From Eledone cirrhosa (taxonomy: Eukaryota), in the NCBI GenBank assembly GCA_964016885.1, contig OZ024740.1, forward strand, positions 24,676,001 to 24,740,000: DNA of 64,000 nt, in the 5' to 3' direction. The translations under genes were made by a program, and so were the position numbers. Below, piece after piece: positions 1-13,174 of the stretch (position 1 is the stretch's first letter; each line of letters opens with the position of its first letter). The notes beneath the pieces were generated by a model, which ran no database searches, was not told where the DNA came from, and was given only the letters and a program-made list of their open reading frames with translations.

Positions 1-575
1 GTTACAAAAATTATTATTCTCAGATAACAATCTTAGTATTTGTTGATCTACACTTTTTCAGGTTAGATCATGTCAGTTGATTGGACATAGTAAATGGCTG
101 AGGTATTATCTTGTCTGACGATATGTAAATAAAAGTCTAACACAATACCTGCAGCCTTTTTATCACTATTGTCCATCCTATATAATTCTATTATTGTTCA
201 TTGGATTTCAATATGGATGTTGCTTATTCTGTCGTAATTGTTGTTTAAAATCTATTTTTTAACATTTATTTTCTACTTATATTTTTTATTGTGATCATAT
301 TTTATTGTGGATCATATTTTCCTCAACCTTTTCTTGCTTCTCCAAGAAGTCTTATTGGGTAGCTCAGAATAAAATGTCTGAGACACTAATATTCTAACCC
401 ATTCTCTCCGTTATTCCGCAGTTTAAAGGTCGAACTTCATATTTAAGCAGATTTCAAATCAGATTTTCCATTTAGCCATAAATCTATCGAAACTGACTTC
501 TCCATTCTAAGTGACTTTTGCGGGAAATGAAGAAGTTCACCACTCTAAACTCTATCACTCTCTTAATAATTCTGC

Positions 576-1200
<625 letters not shown>

Positions 1201-1563
1201 GAGAAAAAAAATGATAGAAATGTGGCGGGCAAGACAAAGAAATAAGAAATAAAGAGAAGAGAGGGGGTAGAGACTGAGAGAAATGTGTGTGTGGAGGGGA
1301 TAGTTAATACATTTAATAAATAAATAACAAAGAGGAAAGAAAAGAAAATATATGAGTCAAAAACAAACATTTAATAAGGCGGCAAAAAACAAAGATGGTT
1401 TTGTAAGAAAACAAAATGTTAAGAAACCAAAAGTCAGATTTTAAAGGTGAAAGTTGGACATTAATCTTTGTATATTTCCAGCCATACGTATAATATACAA
1501 ACACACATACTCTCTCTCTCTCTCTCGCTCTCTCTCTCTCAAAAAACACACTCACACATACAC

Positions 1564-1594
<31 letters not shown>

Positions 1595-1595
<1 letters not shown>

Positions 1596-1708
1596 GTGGC
1601 TGAGTGGTTAGAGAATTGGATTCACAATCTTGAGATTGTGAGTTCGATTCCTGGACCGGGCGATGCGTTATGTCCTTGAGCAAGACACTTTATTTCACGT
1701 TGCTCCTT
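1595..1708 (+). mobile_element. tRNA-derived CORE-type SINE, 3'-truncated
   Basis: Pol III A box TGGCTGAGTGG and B box GTTCGATTCC, then TGTCCTTGAGCAAGACACTTTATTTCACGTTGCTCC resembling the CORE domain; homologous copies at about 13.5 kb and 21.8 kb. Confidence 0.8.
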
Positions 1709-1841
1709 CTACCTGGAGTTGCGACCAATAGATTGTATTAGCAACTGGAAAGACCGACGAAAACATTGTTTCCTCGGTCCGATTTGACGAAAGTCGATCG
1801 AAAAAAAAAATATATATATAGTGAAAATACACACACACACA

Positions 1842-1894
<53 letters not shown>

Positions 1895-2270
1895 AGATGT
1901 ATGTGTATATATATATATATAGTAAAAATACACACACAGATATATATATGTATATATATATATGTATATATATATGTATGTATATATATATATATGTATG
2001 TATATATATATGCATATATAATACAAATCTTTACACACTCTTTTATTAATCCTTTAAAATATCTACCACTTTAGTTTTATTACGTATTTTATTTTATAAT
2101 GATATTTCATCTTTTATAGTTATTTTGCCCCTTTCTATATGTTTTGTATTCCTAATAAATAAGTTAACCTCTATATATTTTTAGCTGTTATATTTGCTTT
2201 ATCGTTTTTATATTTTATATATATACATATATACATAATTACATACACCCTTATACACGAACATAAATAA

Positions 2271-3976
2271 CACCGTGTAACATATTTTTGTTCCCCGGTT
2301 CTAAGTGTCATTTTCTGGTTTGTTATATCCCATTATTATTTTTTTTAAAACACTATTATTTAATCAGAAGTTAGGGTTTGTGGTCAGGAGTTTGATATTT
2401 CAAAATTTTCATATTTTTCAAGAAAAAACACATTTAAAAAAAATTGATCAGTTCATATAATTAAATGAACAGAGTATATATTTATTTTATTACAGAAGCA
2501 AATAAGTAAAAACAAATAACATCTATAAAGCAACTTATACACGTGAGAAATGACTGGATTTCCTGGATTTGCGGTTGTAGTCCAGGTTGCATTCCCGCAC
2601 TAGCCCCCAGATATAGTCCCCCATCATTCTTTCATTGTAGTGGCCCAGGTACCTCCGCTCTATCTCTTTCACATCTTGGTGGAATCGTTCGCCTTGTTCC
2701 TCTAAGTAGGCGCCCTTATTGTCCTTGAATTTTTCCAGGTCAGCGTCCAGCATATGGAGTTTAAGCGACATCTTGCATCCCATGGCACCAACAGCCTTTA
2801 TCATATCCTGCACCAGTTGCTGGTAGTTTTCAGCTCTGTAGTTGCCCAGGAAGCCCTTAACAACTGCCTTGAAACAGTTCCATACTGTTCTCTCAATCCT
2901 ATTGAGCTTATTGGAGAACTCGGTAGACTCAAAAACCTTCTTTATCTGCGGTCCAACAAAAATTCCACCTTTGATTTTGGCCTCAGATAACTTGGAGAAG
3001 AACTCAAGAAGGCACTTAAAAGTGGCTGATTCTTGGTTGAGAGCCTTCACAAACTGCTTCATCAACCCCAACTTAATGTGCAGTGGCGACATGAGCACAA
3101 TTCTGGGATCAACCAGTGGCTCCCACATGACGTTCCGTGTCCCAACTACAAATTCTGTTCTCAGAGGTGGCTCTGCTGTCCCAAAGGCAGAGGAAGCATT
3201 GGAATTTGATAAAGCCTCCTTGGAGTCCAAGCAGGAAATCCACCATCTACAAGTCTCCAATTATTTCCCAATTGTACTGGTTGTATTGCAGAGCTTCCAA
3301 GAGGACTTTCACACTGTAGTAATCTTCCTTCAGGCAGACTGAATGAGCTAGGGGCAGTGTCGGGAACTTGTTTCCATTGTGGAGGTGGACAGCCTTCAAA
3401 CATGTGGCGGAGCTGTTTATAAATAGCCGCCACTCCTTGGGCACAAACGGCACCCCGATAACGTCAAACAGTCCAGGCTCGTCATGGCAGAAGCAGAGGC
3501 CATCCCTAAGAGTGTAAAAGCGCGAGAAAGGTTCGTGTCGACTTCTCTGACTTGTCACCTGCACTTCCTCCTTGACCAATTTCTACTGCTTCATCCTGGA
3601 GATGAAGCTTAAAACACAACTTACCCTTTATTCAGGGTGCGAAAATCGAGTATCAATAAATCTCTTTAATCCACTTTTTAACAATTTTATACTTTATTGC
3701 ACTTTTATAATTTTGTTTAGGTATTACTCTTTATTTTATAATTTTAATTTAACCTGAAACATATATAAAAAACATCATTTAACATAAGTAAATTAATCTT
3801 ACATACAACGTAAAATCCAGCATACAAATAATTCTAGTGAATAGCTTAGAATTTTTACAAACCCAAACTTTTAACTGTTTAATAGCAGTTTTTTAAAAAT
3901 TTATTTGGGACATAAGCAACACAAAAAAGTGATTACAAGCCAGGAAGAGAGAAAAACATTTTTTTGTTACACGGTG
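2271..3976 (-). mobile_element. Chapaev3-like (CMC) DNA transposon, internally deleted
   Basis: Terminal inverted repeats CACCGTGTAACA (2271) and TGTTACACGGTG (ends 3976), flanked by TAA and TTA; encloses transposase fragments. Family assignment is from recalled motifs, not a database search. Confidence 0.75.
2535..3579 (-). pseudogene. Frameshifted, N-terminally deleted transposase (Chapaev3-like)
   Basis: Two overlapping ORFs (3247-3579 and 2535-3260) with motifs WRLFINSS..LKAVHLHNGN, IIGDL, PLHIKLGLMKQFVKAL, GIFVGPQI and EQGERFHQD..ERRY; the presumed catalytic IDSS reads INSS. Confidence 0.85.
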
Positions 3977-4249
3977 TTATTCGCGAACGGTATTTTATGA
4001 CAGTATTGTACCTGCTAGTAAATCTAATACTTTAATCAACAGTAAGAGTGTAATTAAATTTAAAGTCACTTCTTGAACATACACAGACACCGGGCACCCG
4101 ACTGAAACTGTTATTGAGACACTGTCTTTATAGTAACTTCAAATAAGACCTACGTGTTTTAAGCAAACAAATCTGCTGAATTACCCTCATAAAAGTTTAC
4201 AGGTCTCCTCATTGGTGGTGATAAAAATCATTATTTTTCAGTCGTCCTC

Positions 4250-4700
4250 ACGTATTTTATTTTCTGTCTGTAAAGATTTTACACGGTCCTTAAAACGTAG
4301 CCTTCGTTTATGCAGGAGACCATTTCCGTATAAAAGCTCACCATACAGTATCTTATTTGGGACCCTCCCATTATTCATTTGGGCAAGTTGTCCGTTCCAT
4401 CATTAAACGACATCTTCGTACAATTGCCTTAAGATGTCAGCAACCAATTTTAGAGGATCATTTTCACATGCCCTCTTTCCAGGGTCGAATGTTCCATTAA
4501 TGAAAACAAGGTCCTGATGTATATTCTGGTCAGGTCTTTTCTGGATCTGTCTTGCTGCAAAAATCATATCGATTCTCCCTCCAGGAGAAATAACATAATC
4601 TGAAGAACATCTACTACAAGGGAATTATTGAGGCGGGAAAGAGGATTATTGGCTAACAGCAGAAAAATATCTGTGAGATTGCAACACTTTATTCATGCTG
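4250..4700 (-). mobile_element. Degenerate RTE-clade LINE fragment (RT N-part joined to C-terminal region)
   Basis: Minus-strand translation gives RLNNSLVVDVL, IDMIFAARQIQ, ILRQLYED and then GQLAQMNNGRVPNKILYGEL..RLRFKDRVK, typical RTE ORF motifs; the RT core in between is deleted. Confidence 0.75.
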
Positions 4701-4770
4701 TTTTTGATACAAAGATTAAACATAATTGCCTCATTCCACTCATTATAAACAACATTATTTCTCCACGTGA

Positions 4771-4960
4771 TGGCGGTGGATTGGCAGTATCGGTAGAGGG
4801 TCGGACGACATGCTTTGACGCATAGAGTTACGGCCCTTGCCATTCTGAGTTCAAATCCCGCCGAGGTTAACTTTGCCTTTCATCCTTACGGGGTCGATAA
4901 AATAAAGTACCAGTAATGCACTGGGTAATTGCTGGCCTTGTGCCAAAAAGTAGAAGCAAT
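4771..4960 (+). mobile_element. tRNA-derived SINE with Meta-like central domain (short variant)
   Basis: A box TGGCAGTATCGG, B box GAGTTCAAATCC, core CTTTGCCTTTCATCCTTACGGGGTCGATAAAATAAAGTACC; 17-bp TSD ATTATTTCTCCAC(G/A)TGA at 4754 and 4959. Confidence 0.85.
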
Positions 4961-5311
4961 TATTTCTCCACATGATTAAAAACCTAGCAAAGATTCCCTT
5001 TTTACTAATATGTAGTTTAGTAATTACTGTTATTTTCTTATCGATTGATTATGCAATTTCAATGGTATCAAATACTGCATCATACATATGATTTAATAGT
5101 TCAGAAAATAGTTCAGAAAATATTTCAATTCGGCTACCTGTGATATCTGTTCATTTAGTCCATAGAGTTGAGTCAGGTGATCCTGATCTTTAGGCCTATA
5201 TGCTTCCTGCATGAGAAGGTAGATCTTAATGTTATTAGCATCAGCGGCAGTTTGAATATCATAAGTAATGCTATTCTCCTTGTAATGGTTCTAGGTGACA
5301 TTATATATTCT

Positions 5312-5710
5312 AGTATCGGTAGAGAGTCGGAAGCCATTCTTTCCAGCATAGTTACGTCCCTTTACGGACTGAGTTCAAATCCCGCTGAGGTTAACTTTGC
5401 CTTTCATCATCACGGGGTCGATAACATAAAGTACCAGTCACGCACTGGGGTCAATTTTATCGACTTTCCCCTCTCTCCAAAATTGCTGGCCTTGTGCCTA
5501 TATAAGAAACCATTATATATTCTAGTAATGGATTGGCAGTATCGGTAGAGAGTCGGAAGCCATTCTTTCCAGCATAGTTACGTCCCTTTACGGACTGAGT
5601 TCAAATCCCGCGGAGGTTAACTTTGCCTTTCATCATCACGGGGTCGATAAAATAAGGTACCAGTAATGTACTGGGTAATTGCTGGCCTTGTGTCAAAAGT
5701 AGAAATAATT
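5312..5710 (+). mobile_element. Head-to-tail pair of Meta-like SINEs (long variant then short variant)
   Basis: Two copies of the same SINE; target ATTATAT(A/G)TTCTAGTA occurs at 5300, 5512 and 5708. Confidence 0.85.
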
Positions 5711-5919
5711 ATATGTTCTAGTAATGACAGAATGTTAGAGTTCGAAGCTGAACCACTAGCCCTCTATGTAGTAAAGTACTGGGGGGCATTTCACTTTGCA
5801 GGCGGGAGGCTTTCAAACTCTGCACATATTTTATCAAACCATTTCTTTCCGCTAGCGACAGCATTTCCAGTGATTAGCAAGACATTGTCAAACCTAGTCA
5901 CAAAACGCTTACAAGCATG

Positions 5920-5966
<47 letters not shown>

Positions 5967-7127
5967 GGGGGGCTGGTGTAATATTTATATTATTAGTTTT
6001 ACTCCTCGTTGTTCACTCCTTAAACTCATATTGTTTATTATTAATATTCACTACCCCTCTTCATATATGTTATACAATTTATACATATTTTTTCACATAT
6101 TTCTTATTTAAATATTACCCTTTTCCTTGGGTTAGTAATGAGTGAGCTGACATTTCAGAAAGATGCACCAAATTTCTCTCAAATCACGCTAACCTAACTT
6201 ATGGGAAACGTATCTGGTAATGTGGACAGAAAGCCTTGCGGGGTGGTCACTATGTAACGGCCTTTGTACTGAGTTAAACAAAACCAAAAACTCACAATAA
6301 ACATTACAAAGCCTTAAATCAAATTTAAACATATTTATTCCACAATTTTTATCTAGTTTACCTCCTACAAGTATTTCATTCTTTATTCTTTTCTCCATAG
6401 AATTATTACAGTGTTCTTCATATTCTTCGTATGTTTTAAATAAATATCCTTTCTCGATATGTTACACATCATATTGTGTATGTCTTGTTTTTATCAATAT
6501 CACTTTACCAATGTCAAAACAGTATTTTCTAATCCTCTTGTTTATCATTTAAAATAGGTTACTTTTTAAAGATTTGAACGTATATTCAGCTTTTGTTGTA
6601 ATATATTTTAACAATTAAATAATTGTTCATTTGTTTCTCTCTTTTTCTTTAATTATAATTATTAATGTTATTACTATTATTCTTACTATATTTAGTACAA
6701 TTTTATTACCGTCGTAACTCTGTATTTTATTAAAACTAGTCTGACTTAATGTCAATATTAATTTATTTTTATGTTGTTATTCACATTCTCCCATTTATTT
6801 AAGCACAATGATATTAATTTATACACGTGTATAGTCACATTGTGAGGCTTGCAATTGAAGTTTATTACTGCTTTACATGATGTTAATGAACTTCAATCTG
6901 TAACTGAACTTTTAATGTTGACATCTCTCAATACCGGGAATTGAACCCGGATGAGGTAAACATGTAGTGAGTCATATAGTCTTACACATTTGTTGTGTTA
7001 ATGATAATAATTTCCTACATAGTCAAATGTCTGCTATTTATTTTGGAGGGACCTGTTATTTTTCTGTAAAGACATTTTTTCTAATTCCAACCCTCCCGTC
7101 CCCTCAATCTATCTTATTTCTCATTCT

Positions 7128-7164
7128 TTCCTCTGATGAAGGACTAGCATCCGAAACGTTAAGG
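7128..7164 (+). ncRNA. Minimal hammerhead ribozyme motif (Penelope-like terminal repeat)
   Basis: CCT-CTGATGA-A-GGA(CTAGCA)TCC-GAAA-CG-TT-AAGG: catalytic core, stem II, palindromic mini stem III and short stem I. Confidence 0.65.
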
Positions 7165-7759
7165 CACTATTCCTGCTATATCAAGCGTTAACCTAATATA
7201 TCCCTTCCATATATTGTTACCTTTTACATACATACATATATATATATTTTTCGGAATGTTTTTGACTGTTGTTTCATGTAAACAAACATTCGTCTCATTC
7301 TGACGTCACCAGCCCTGTTTTTCCACATGTGCGTTTTAGTTTCATAATCACGCATGATCTTAAACTAGCCTGCTTTTAAATTCCCTTTTTGGCATATTAA
7401 TCAGTGAGAATTTGGCTATCGTGTTGAGCTCTGCTGATGATCGTATTCCAACCGTGACCATCTCCATTGAATGTTTTCGTGAAATAGTCTTTTTCAAGAC
7501 TATACACAGAGTATTTGTAGTTGTCCCAAATTGAAGGATGAGTATTTTAAACTTATTTTATCATGAGTTAAGACTCTCTTGATTTTTCCCTGGATTTCAC
7601 TAAATCTGTTGGGTAAATCTATATCCTGATTCTTTTTGAATTGAGTTTGAATTATTTTTCCCACATCTTACGTTAACTATTTTCCCATTTTGACGCTATA
7701 GTCACCTATATATTATGGAATACTGTTGGCTTCTTGCTACAATACTTTCTATACCTTTC

Positions 7760-7820
<61 letters not shown>

Positions 7821-7821
<1 letters not shown>

Positions 7822-7906
7822 CGAAGGAAATGTGGTAAGGAACCAGGTGGACCATAACGCACCAAAGTACTCAATACTTGAGGTAGTAGAGTGGGTAATA
7901 GGAACC
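7821..7906 (-). repeat. Short dispersed element embedded in (TA)n
   Basis: Reverse complement of 13287-13370 with few mismatches; flanked on both sides by (TA)n. Confidence 0.85.
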
Positions 7907-7930
7907 TATATATATATATATATATATATA

Positions 7931-8483
7931 TAGTGAAAGAGTGAAGAGTAACATGGTGAACAGTACAAAAAGGGTTTTATTTACAGTATTAACAATTGTT
8001 TCATTGATTAGGATGTCTAAAGATTACTAATCACTCGAAGTTGTGTCACACAAAAAAAAGAAAGAAAATGAAAAAGAAAAAGAAAAAGAAAAAGAAAAAG
8101 AAAAAGAAAAAGAAAAAGAAAAAGAAAAAGAAAAAGAAAAAATAGTAAAGAAGTTAGAATGAAGATGATAAAAAATATATATTTTATTATATTTTGTTAT
8201 CTTCATTCTAAATTCTTTATTATTTTTTCTTTATCTGTTTCTTTTTGTTTTCTTTATTATTGATGTTGTTATTTGAATTCTCCGTAGTATAAATACAAAT
8301 ATCGAATGCAATTTTGTCAGTTATTCCGATGATTTGATTAGGCATACACTGTATTTCAGATTGAGTAACACAACTTCGAGTGATTATCAATTTTTAGACA
8401 TCCTAATCAATGAAACAATTGTTAGTACTGTAAATAAAACCATTTTTGTACTCTTGACCATGTTATTCTTCACTCTTTCACTA
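7931..8483. repeat. Fold-back element: about 115-bp imperfect inverted arms enclosing (GAAAAA)n and an inner hairpin
   Basis: 7931-8046 is the reverse complement of 8368-8483; inner IR about 8140-8230; (GAAAAA)n about 8070-8140. Confidence 0.85.
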
Positions 8484-9261
8484 TTATTACTCCAAGGTGA
8501 ACCTGCATAGGAATTCTCACCTAACTAAGGAAACCTCTTGTTGAATCAAACAACACCGTACGTTAAAACTATCCACAGTGCAGAGTACTCACAACCTCTA
8601 ACTGGATTACCTATAACGATAATTTGTCATCCCATATATATATATATATATAATTTAATTAGACAATTCTGTTGATTGGTTAATTGTTTATGTTTGTTTG
8701 ATAACTTCTAGTTGAGTTCTTAATTCGGTTTGTGTAAAGGAATGTTATTCCTTTGTTCCAAATTTGAATTGACCGCCAAAACTGGGGGTTACCTCCCTTC
8801 AGGAAAACCATGTGTATTTTGACAGTGCTTACTGCTAGCTTTCACACCCGGGCGGACCAGAACGAAAAACTTGTTGACGAAGTAAATTCCTTGTTCTATC
8901 TTCCAAAAACCATTAACTTGCAGACCCCTGCAAGTGGATTTTGTCGATTTCGGATTTAGAGAAACCTAATGGAGATATTATATATTATATGTGATGTATA
9001 TTATATGGTATATATCATGTGTTGCGTATGATGTCGACGCGATGGTCCAGGTTAGTCAAAAATGTTATCCTGAGTTCAGTTTTTTTCGTCGCTTTGGTCA
9101 CTGCGGATCGTCTATCGATCGCTGTCTTCAATTTGCAAAGATGTCTAAACGTAATGTTATAACTCTGAGGTAATATACCCTATTGAGTGCTTAGCTGTAC
9201 ACCGAGATTGCATTCGTTAGCTTGGCTGCAACCAAAGCTTCGATAATGGTGTACTAAATTT

Positions 9262-9297
<36 letters not shown>

Positions 9298-9353
9298 TAA
9301 ACGGAATAGAAAATGCTGACAAATTGTTCACAGTTGAAAAATGGTTTAATTAG

Positions 9354-9416
<63 letters not shown>

Positions 9417-9550
9417 CTGGCTAGTAATGGCTTAATTTGACCCAAGTTCTGGACGTATTTTATTTTATCGATTTACTAAAGAGGAAAATCTAAGTTGACT
9501 TGGCGTGATTCGAGCTAATGACAGTCTGTAATTGTATAGTTTAAGTAATA

Positions 9551-9720
9551 ATTGTTTATGCTTTTGGCACAAGGACAGCAATTGCCCAATGCATTACTGC
9601 TACTTTATTTTATCGACCCCGTAAGGATGAAAGGCAAAGTTAAACTCGGTGGGATTTGAACTCAGAATGGCAAGGGCCGTAACTCTATGCGTGAAAGCAT
9701 GGCTTCCGACCCTCTAATGG
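9551..9720 (-). mobile_element. Meta-like SINE (short variant)
   Basis: Reverse complement of the 4771 copy; an older degenerate copy lies at about 9450-9515. Confidence 0.85.
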
Positions 9721-9812
9721 TGGTGCAGGAGATCAAGCTTCCTTGAAGACTTTAAAACTCACATTCAAATATATCAATAGAAGAAAAGAAAAAGAAAAAT
9801 ATAATAAATGTT

Positions 9813-9860
9813 AACAGCACCTAGGTTTCCCAAGCAGTCACCCATCTAAGTACTAACTAC
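9813..9860 (-). pseudogene. 5S rRNA 3' fragment (pseudogene or 5S-derived repeat)
   Basis: Minus strand GTTAGTACTTAGATGGGTGACTGCTTGGGAAACCTAGGTGCTGTT matches the 3' half of metazoan 5S rRNA and is followed by a T-rich tract; the 5' half is only weakly recognisable. Confidence 0.75.
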
Positions 9861-10739
9861 CTGCTCCCGTCGCTCACGTTCGCCCATCTCTCACTATCAT
9901 AAATGGGGGTCAACGCACTGGCTGACCTGTGGTCCCGGTGGAGAGAATAGAGAAGGTCTTTTCCCGGAGGATGATGAGGGAGACACGTTGAAAGGTACCA
10001 TTTAGTATTTTGTCTCATATAACCGAGGAAATTGTTCTGACAAAATGGCGAGTCCCTCGAACAATATTTTATATCGTATTTCATCCGATTCTTTGTCTTC
10101 TTAGTTAACAATCCCGCTGAGTCATATTTCAATGGTAGCATTAATCGGCTTCTTAGGTTAACACAACCAAAATATTGGGTGTCCTTAGCACACCTGATCT
10201 CTTTTGTAAGGTTGCATTCCTAACCCGCCTTCGCTTGCCAATTTCGAAGCCCTGAACAGTTACATGGGCATTATCTTCTTCACAATTAAGAATTTAAAAA
10301 AAAATATATTATTTATATCACCTTTATCTAAGAGTAGTTATTTAGCCGTTTAAAATAAAACATCGATTATATGGATATACGTTCATAGGCACGAGGGCCC
10401 CATAGTTATTACCCTATCTTATGTTGTCTACTGTTGCAGTAGTTCAGATAGTAATTTACGAAGCTGATGAAGAAAATATTACGAATTCATGATGGATGCC
10501 AAGAGAAATTTCTGGAAGCTCGTTACTAACGGAAAAGGTAGAATAAAATTAGATTTCTTCGTATAAAATGTCAAACAGCAATTTGACAGCCAATAAAATC
10601 AAACCTTACAAATTATATTTGACATTTAATAGTATTGCTGTTCCAGAAAATTCGAAAGCAATAATTTTGTAAAACTTCTTATTAACCCGGATTGATCCCG
10701 GGAAAATTGAATATTCCGAAAACCCCACCGTCACTTCTC

Positions 10740-11216
<477 letters not shown>

Positions 11217-11769
11217 GATGCGTATATTTATATACGTATGGAATGTAATCGTATATATATGCCACTGTATCGCCCTGTCACTCTGTATGTAAGTGCGTTT
11301 ATCGTCGCACTTCATGTGATTTATTTACGTATGACTAATTACACACACGAAGCGCACACGTGGCTTTATTTTGCCCAGAGGTTGTGTGTGTTCTCAGTCA
11401 ATACCCAATCAACTTGATAGAAACCAACCTGTTTACGTCTACCTCACCATTAACAGAAATAATTTAAAATTCTAGAATACAATTTTCGAATAGTGGACAG
11501 CCATTTGTTAATGCCCATGTACGGTACGAAACTTCATGTAAAGCCAAACGTAATCTCATGGAAAAAGTCAATGATGGCAGTGACTCAATATTAACGTGAA
11601 ATCTAAGTTATTTAGGTGGTGTATAATATAAGTATATTAATACAAGTAATTCGTTGAATTAACAATGTAGTAAAAAAATATATTACACACACACATAACT
11701 CCACTCATATATAAGACTGTATATTTGTATATGAGTGGAGGTATGTGTGTGTGTGTAATGTATTATATA

Positions 11770-11809
<40 letters not shown>

Positions 11810-12337
11810 ACACGCCACCCACACCCACAACACGCTTAAACCACACACACGTGCTTCCCACCACATATTTACACCCTTAGCCCCCTGATTCCTCTCCCCC
11901 CACCCCCCCTATCCACACACGCACAGACCCTCCGACCCACAAAAACACCCCCCACACACAACTTCCTGAACATGCAACCCCGTTCTTCCCCCAACCCTCA
12001 CTTTCACATACACACACACACACACACACGCACACCTAACCACACACACACCACCTTCAGCCCTCCCCGCTCGGACACCCCGTCTCCCTCTCCCCACTCC
12101 ATCCGCCACCACCTCTACTCACCCCACACCCTTCCACCACCTGTTTACCCCCCTTTTAATTTCAGTTTATTTTGATCATGCCTTTATTTCTAAATTTTCT
12201 CATTCCTTGTATTTTGATCATGCTTTATTTTTATTTATTATTTATTATATTTTTGTCTTTATTTGTTAATTTTTCATTCGCACCGTTTCCTTTCGCTATA
12301 TGTCTCTCCACCACTCCCCTACACACCTTTTGAACTC

Positions 12338-12372
12338 TCACCTGAAGAAGGGCTTATGCCCGAAACGTCGTC
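12338..12372 (+). ncRNA. Minimal hammerhead ribozyme motif (Penelope-like terminal repeat)
   Basis: CTGAAGA-A-GGGC(TTAT)GCCC-GAAA-CG-TC; weak stem I; followed by AATAAA and ending in (TA)n, with the same layout as the 7.1-kb copy. Confidence 0.65.
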
Positions 12373-12456
12373 CCCCACCTACCCCCACTCTCCTGAGCGT
12401 GAATTTAATAAACATTTATCGTACTGCCTCTCTGTTCTGTCCCTGTTCAATTTTTC

Positions 12457-12493
<37 letters not shown>

Positions 12494-12605
12494 TTGTAAT
12501 AAAATGAAAACGAAATTTCATTTCTCACTCTTAGTACGGCACTTACTTAAATGTAAGTATGTATGTATACGTACATACATATATGTATACAGACGTACAG
12601 TAGCA

Positions 12606-12657
<52 letters not shown>

Positions 12658-12808
12658 CAGGTACACATACATATATGTACGCATCAGTTTAGCGGACGCT
12701 TATTATAGCGCCCGCTTTGTTCGTTTGTAAACAAACTGAACAACCCGAATTTATGCCGCACGGTGTTAAGGCAACCATGTCACCTTTTTGTTCAACACTG
12801 ACACAGGA

Positions 12809-12851
12809 ACGATGTACTAGTTTCAAGCTTGTTAGCTATCATCAGCACCGT
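12809..12851 (-). ncRNA. Complete minimal type I hammerhead ribozyme
   Basis: Minus strand ACGGTG-CTGATGA-TAGCT(AACA)AGCTT-GAAA-CTAG-TA-CATCGT: 6-bp stem I with one G-U pair, intact core, stem II, palindromic stem III and a GUA cleavage triplet. Confidence 0.8.
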
Positions 12852-12856
12852 ATACC

Positions 12857-12893
12857 CTGATGATAGCTAACAAGCTTGAAACTAGTACATCGT
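12857..12893 (+). ncRNA. Inverted copy of the hammerhead lacking the 5' strand of stem I
   Basis: CTGATGATAGCTAACAAGCTTGAAACTAGTACATCGT preceded by TATACC, which cannot pair with CATCGT. Confidence 0.6.
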
Positions 12894-13044
12894 TCCTGTG
12901 TCAGTGTTGAACAAAAAGGTGACGTGGTTGCCTTAACACCGTGCGGCATAAATTCGGGCTGTTCAGTTTGTTTACAAACGAACAAAGCGGGCGCTATAAT
13001 AAGCGTCCGCTAAACTGATGCGTACATATATGTATGTGTACCTG

Positions 13045-13086
<42 letters not shown>

Positions 13087-13135
13087 TGCTACTGTACGTC
13101 TGTATACATATATGCATGTACGTATACATACGTAC

Positions 13136-13170
<35 letters not shown>

Positions 13171-13174
<4 letters not shown>

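Larger units (their letters stand above)
12554..13138. repeat. Near-perfect palindrome, about 290-bp arms with an 11-nt spacer
   Basis: 12554-12845 is the reverse complement of 12857-13138 apart from a few substitutions and (TA)n length. Confidence 0.97.

Noticed and set aside
1595-1660. tRNA gene (also the B-box-like GGTTCAATTCCCGG at about 6935-6950, minus strand)
   Set aside because: The first is a SINE head continuing into a CORE-like domain, and the second has no cloverleaf.
2842-3342. 166-aa plus-strand ORF
   Set aside because: It is the antisense shadow of the transposase.
10465-10495. CTGATGAAG as another hammerhead core
   Set aside because: No stem II or correctly placed GAAA follows.
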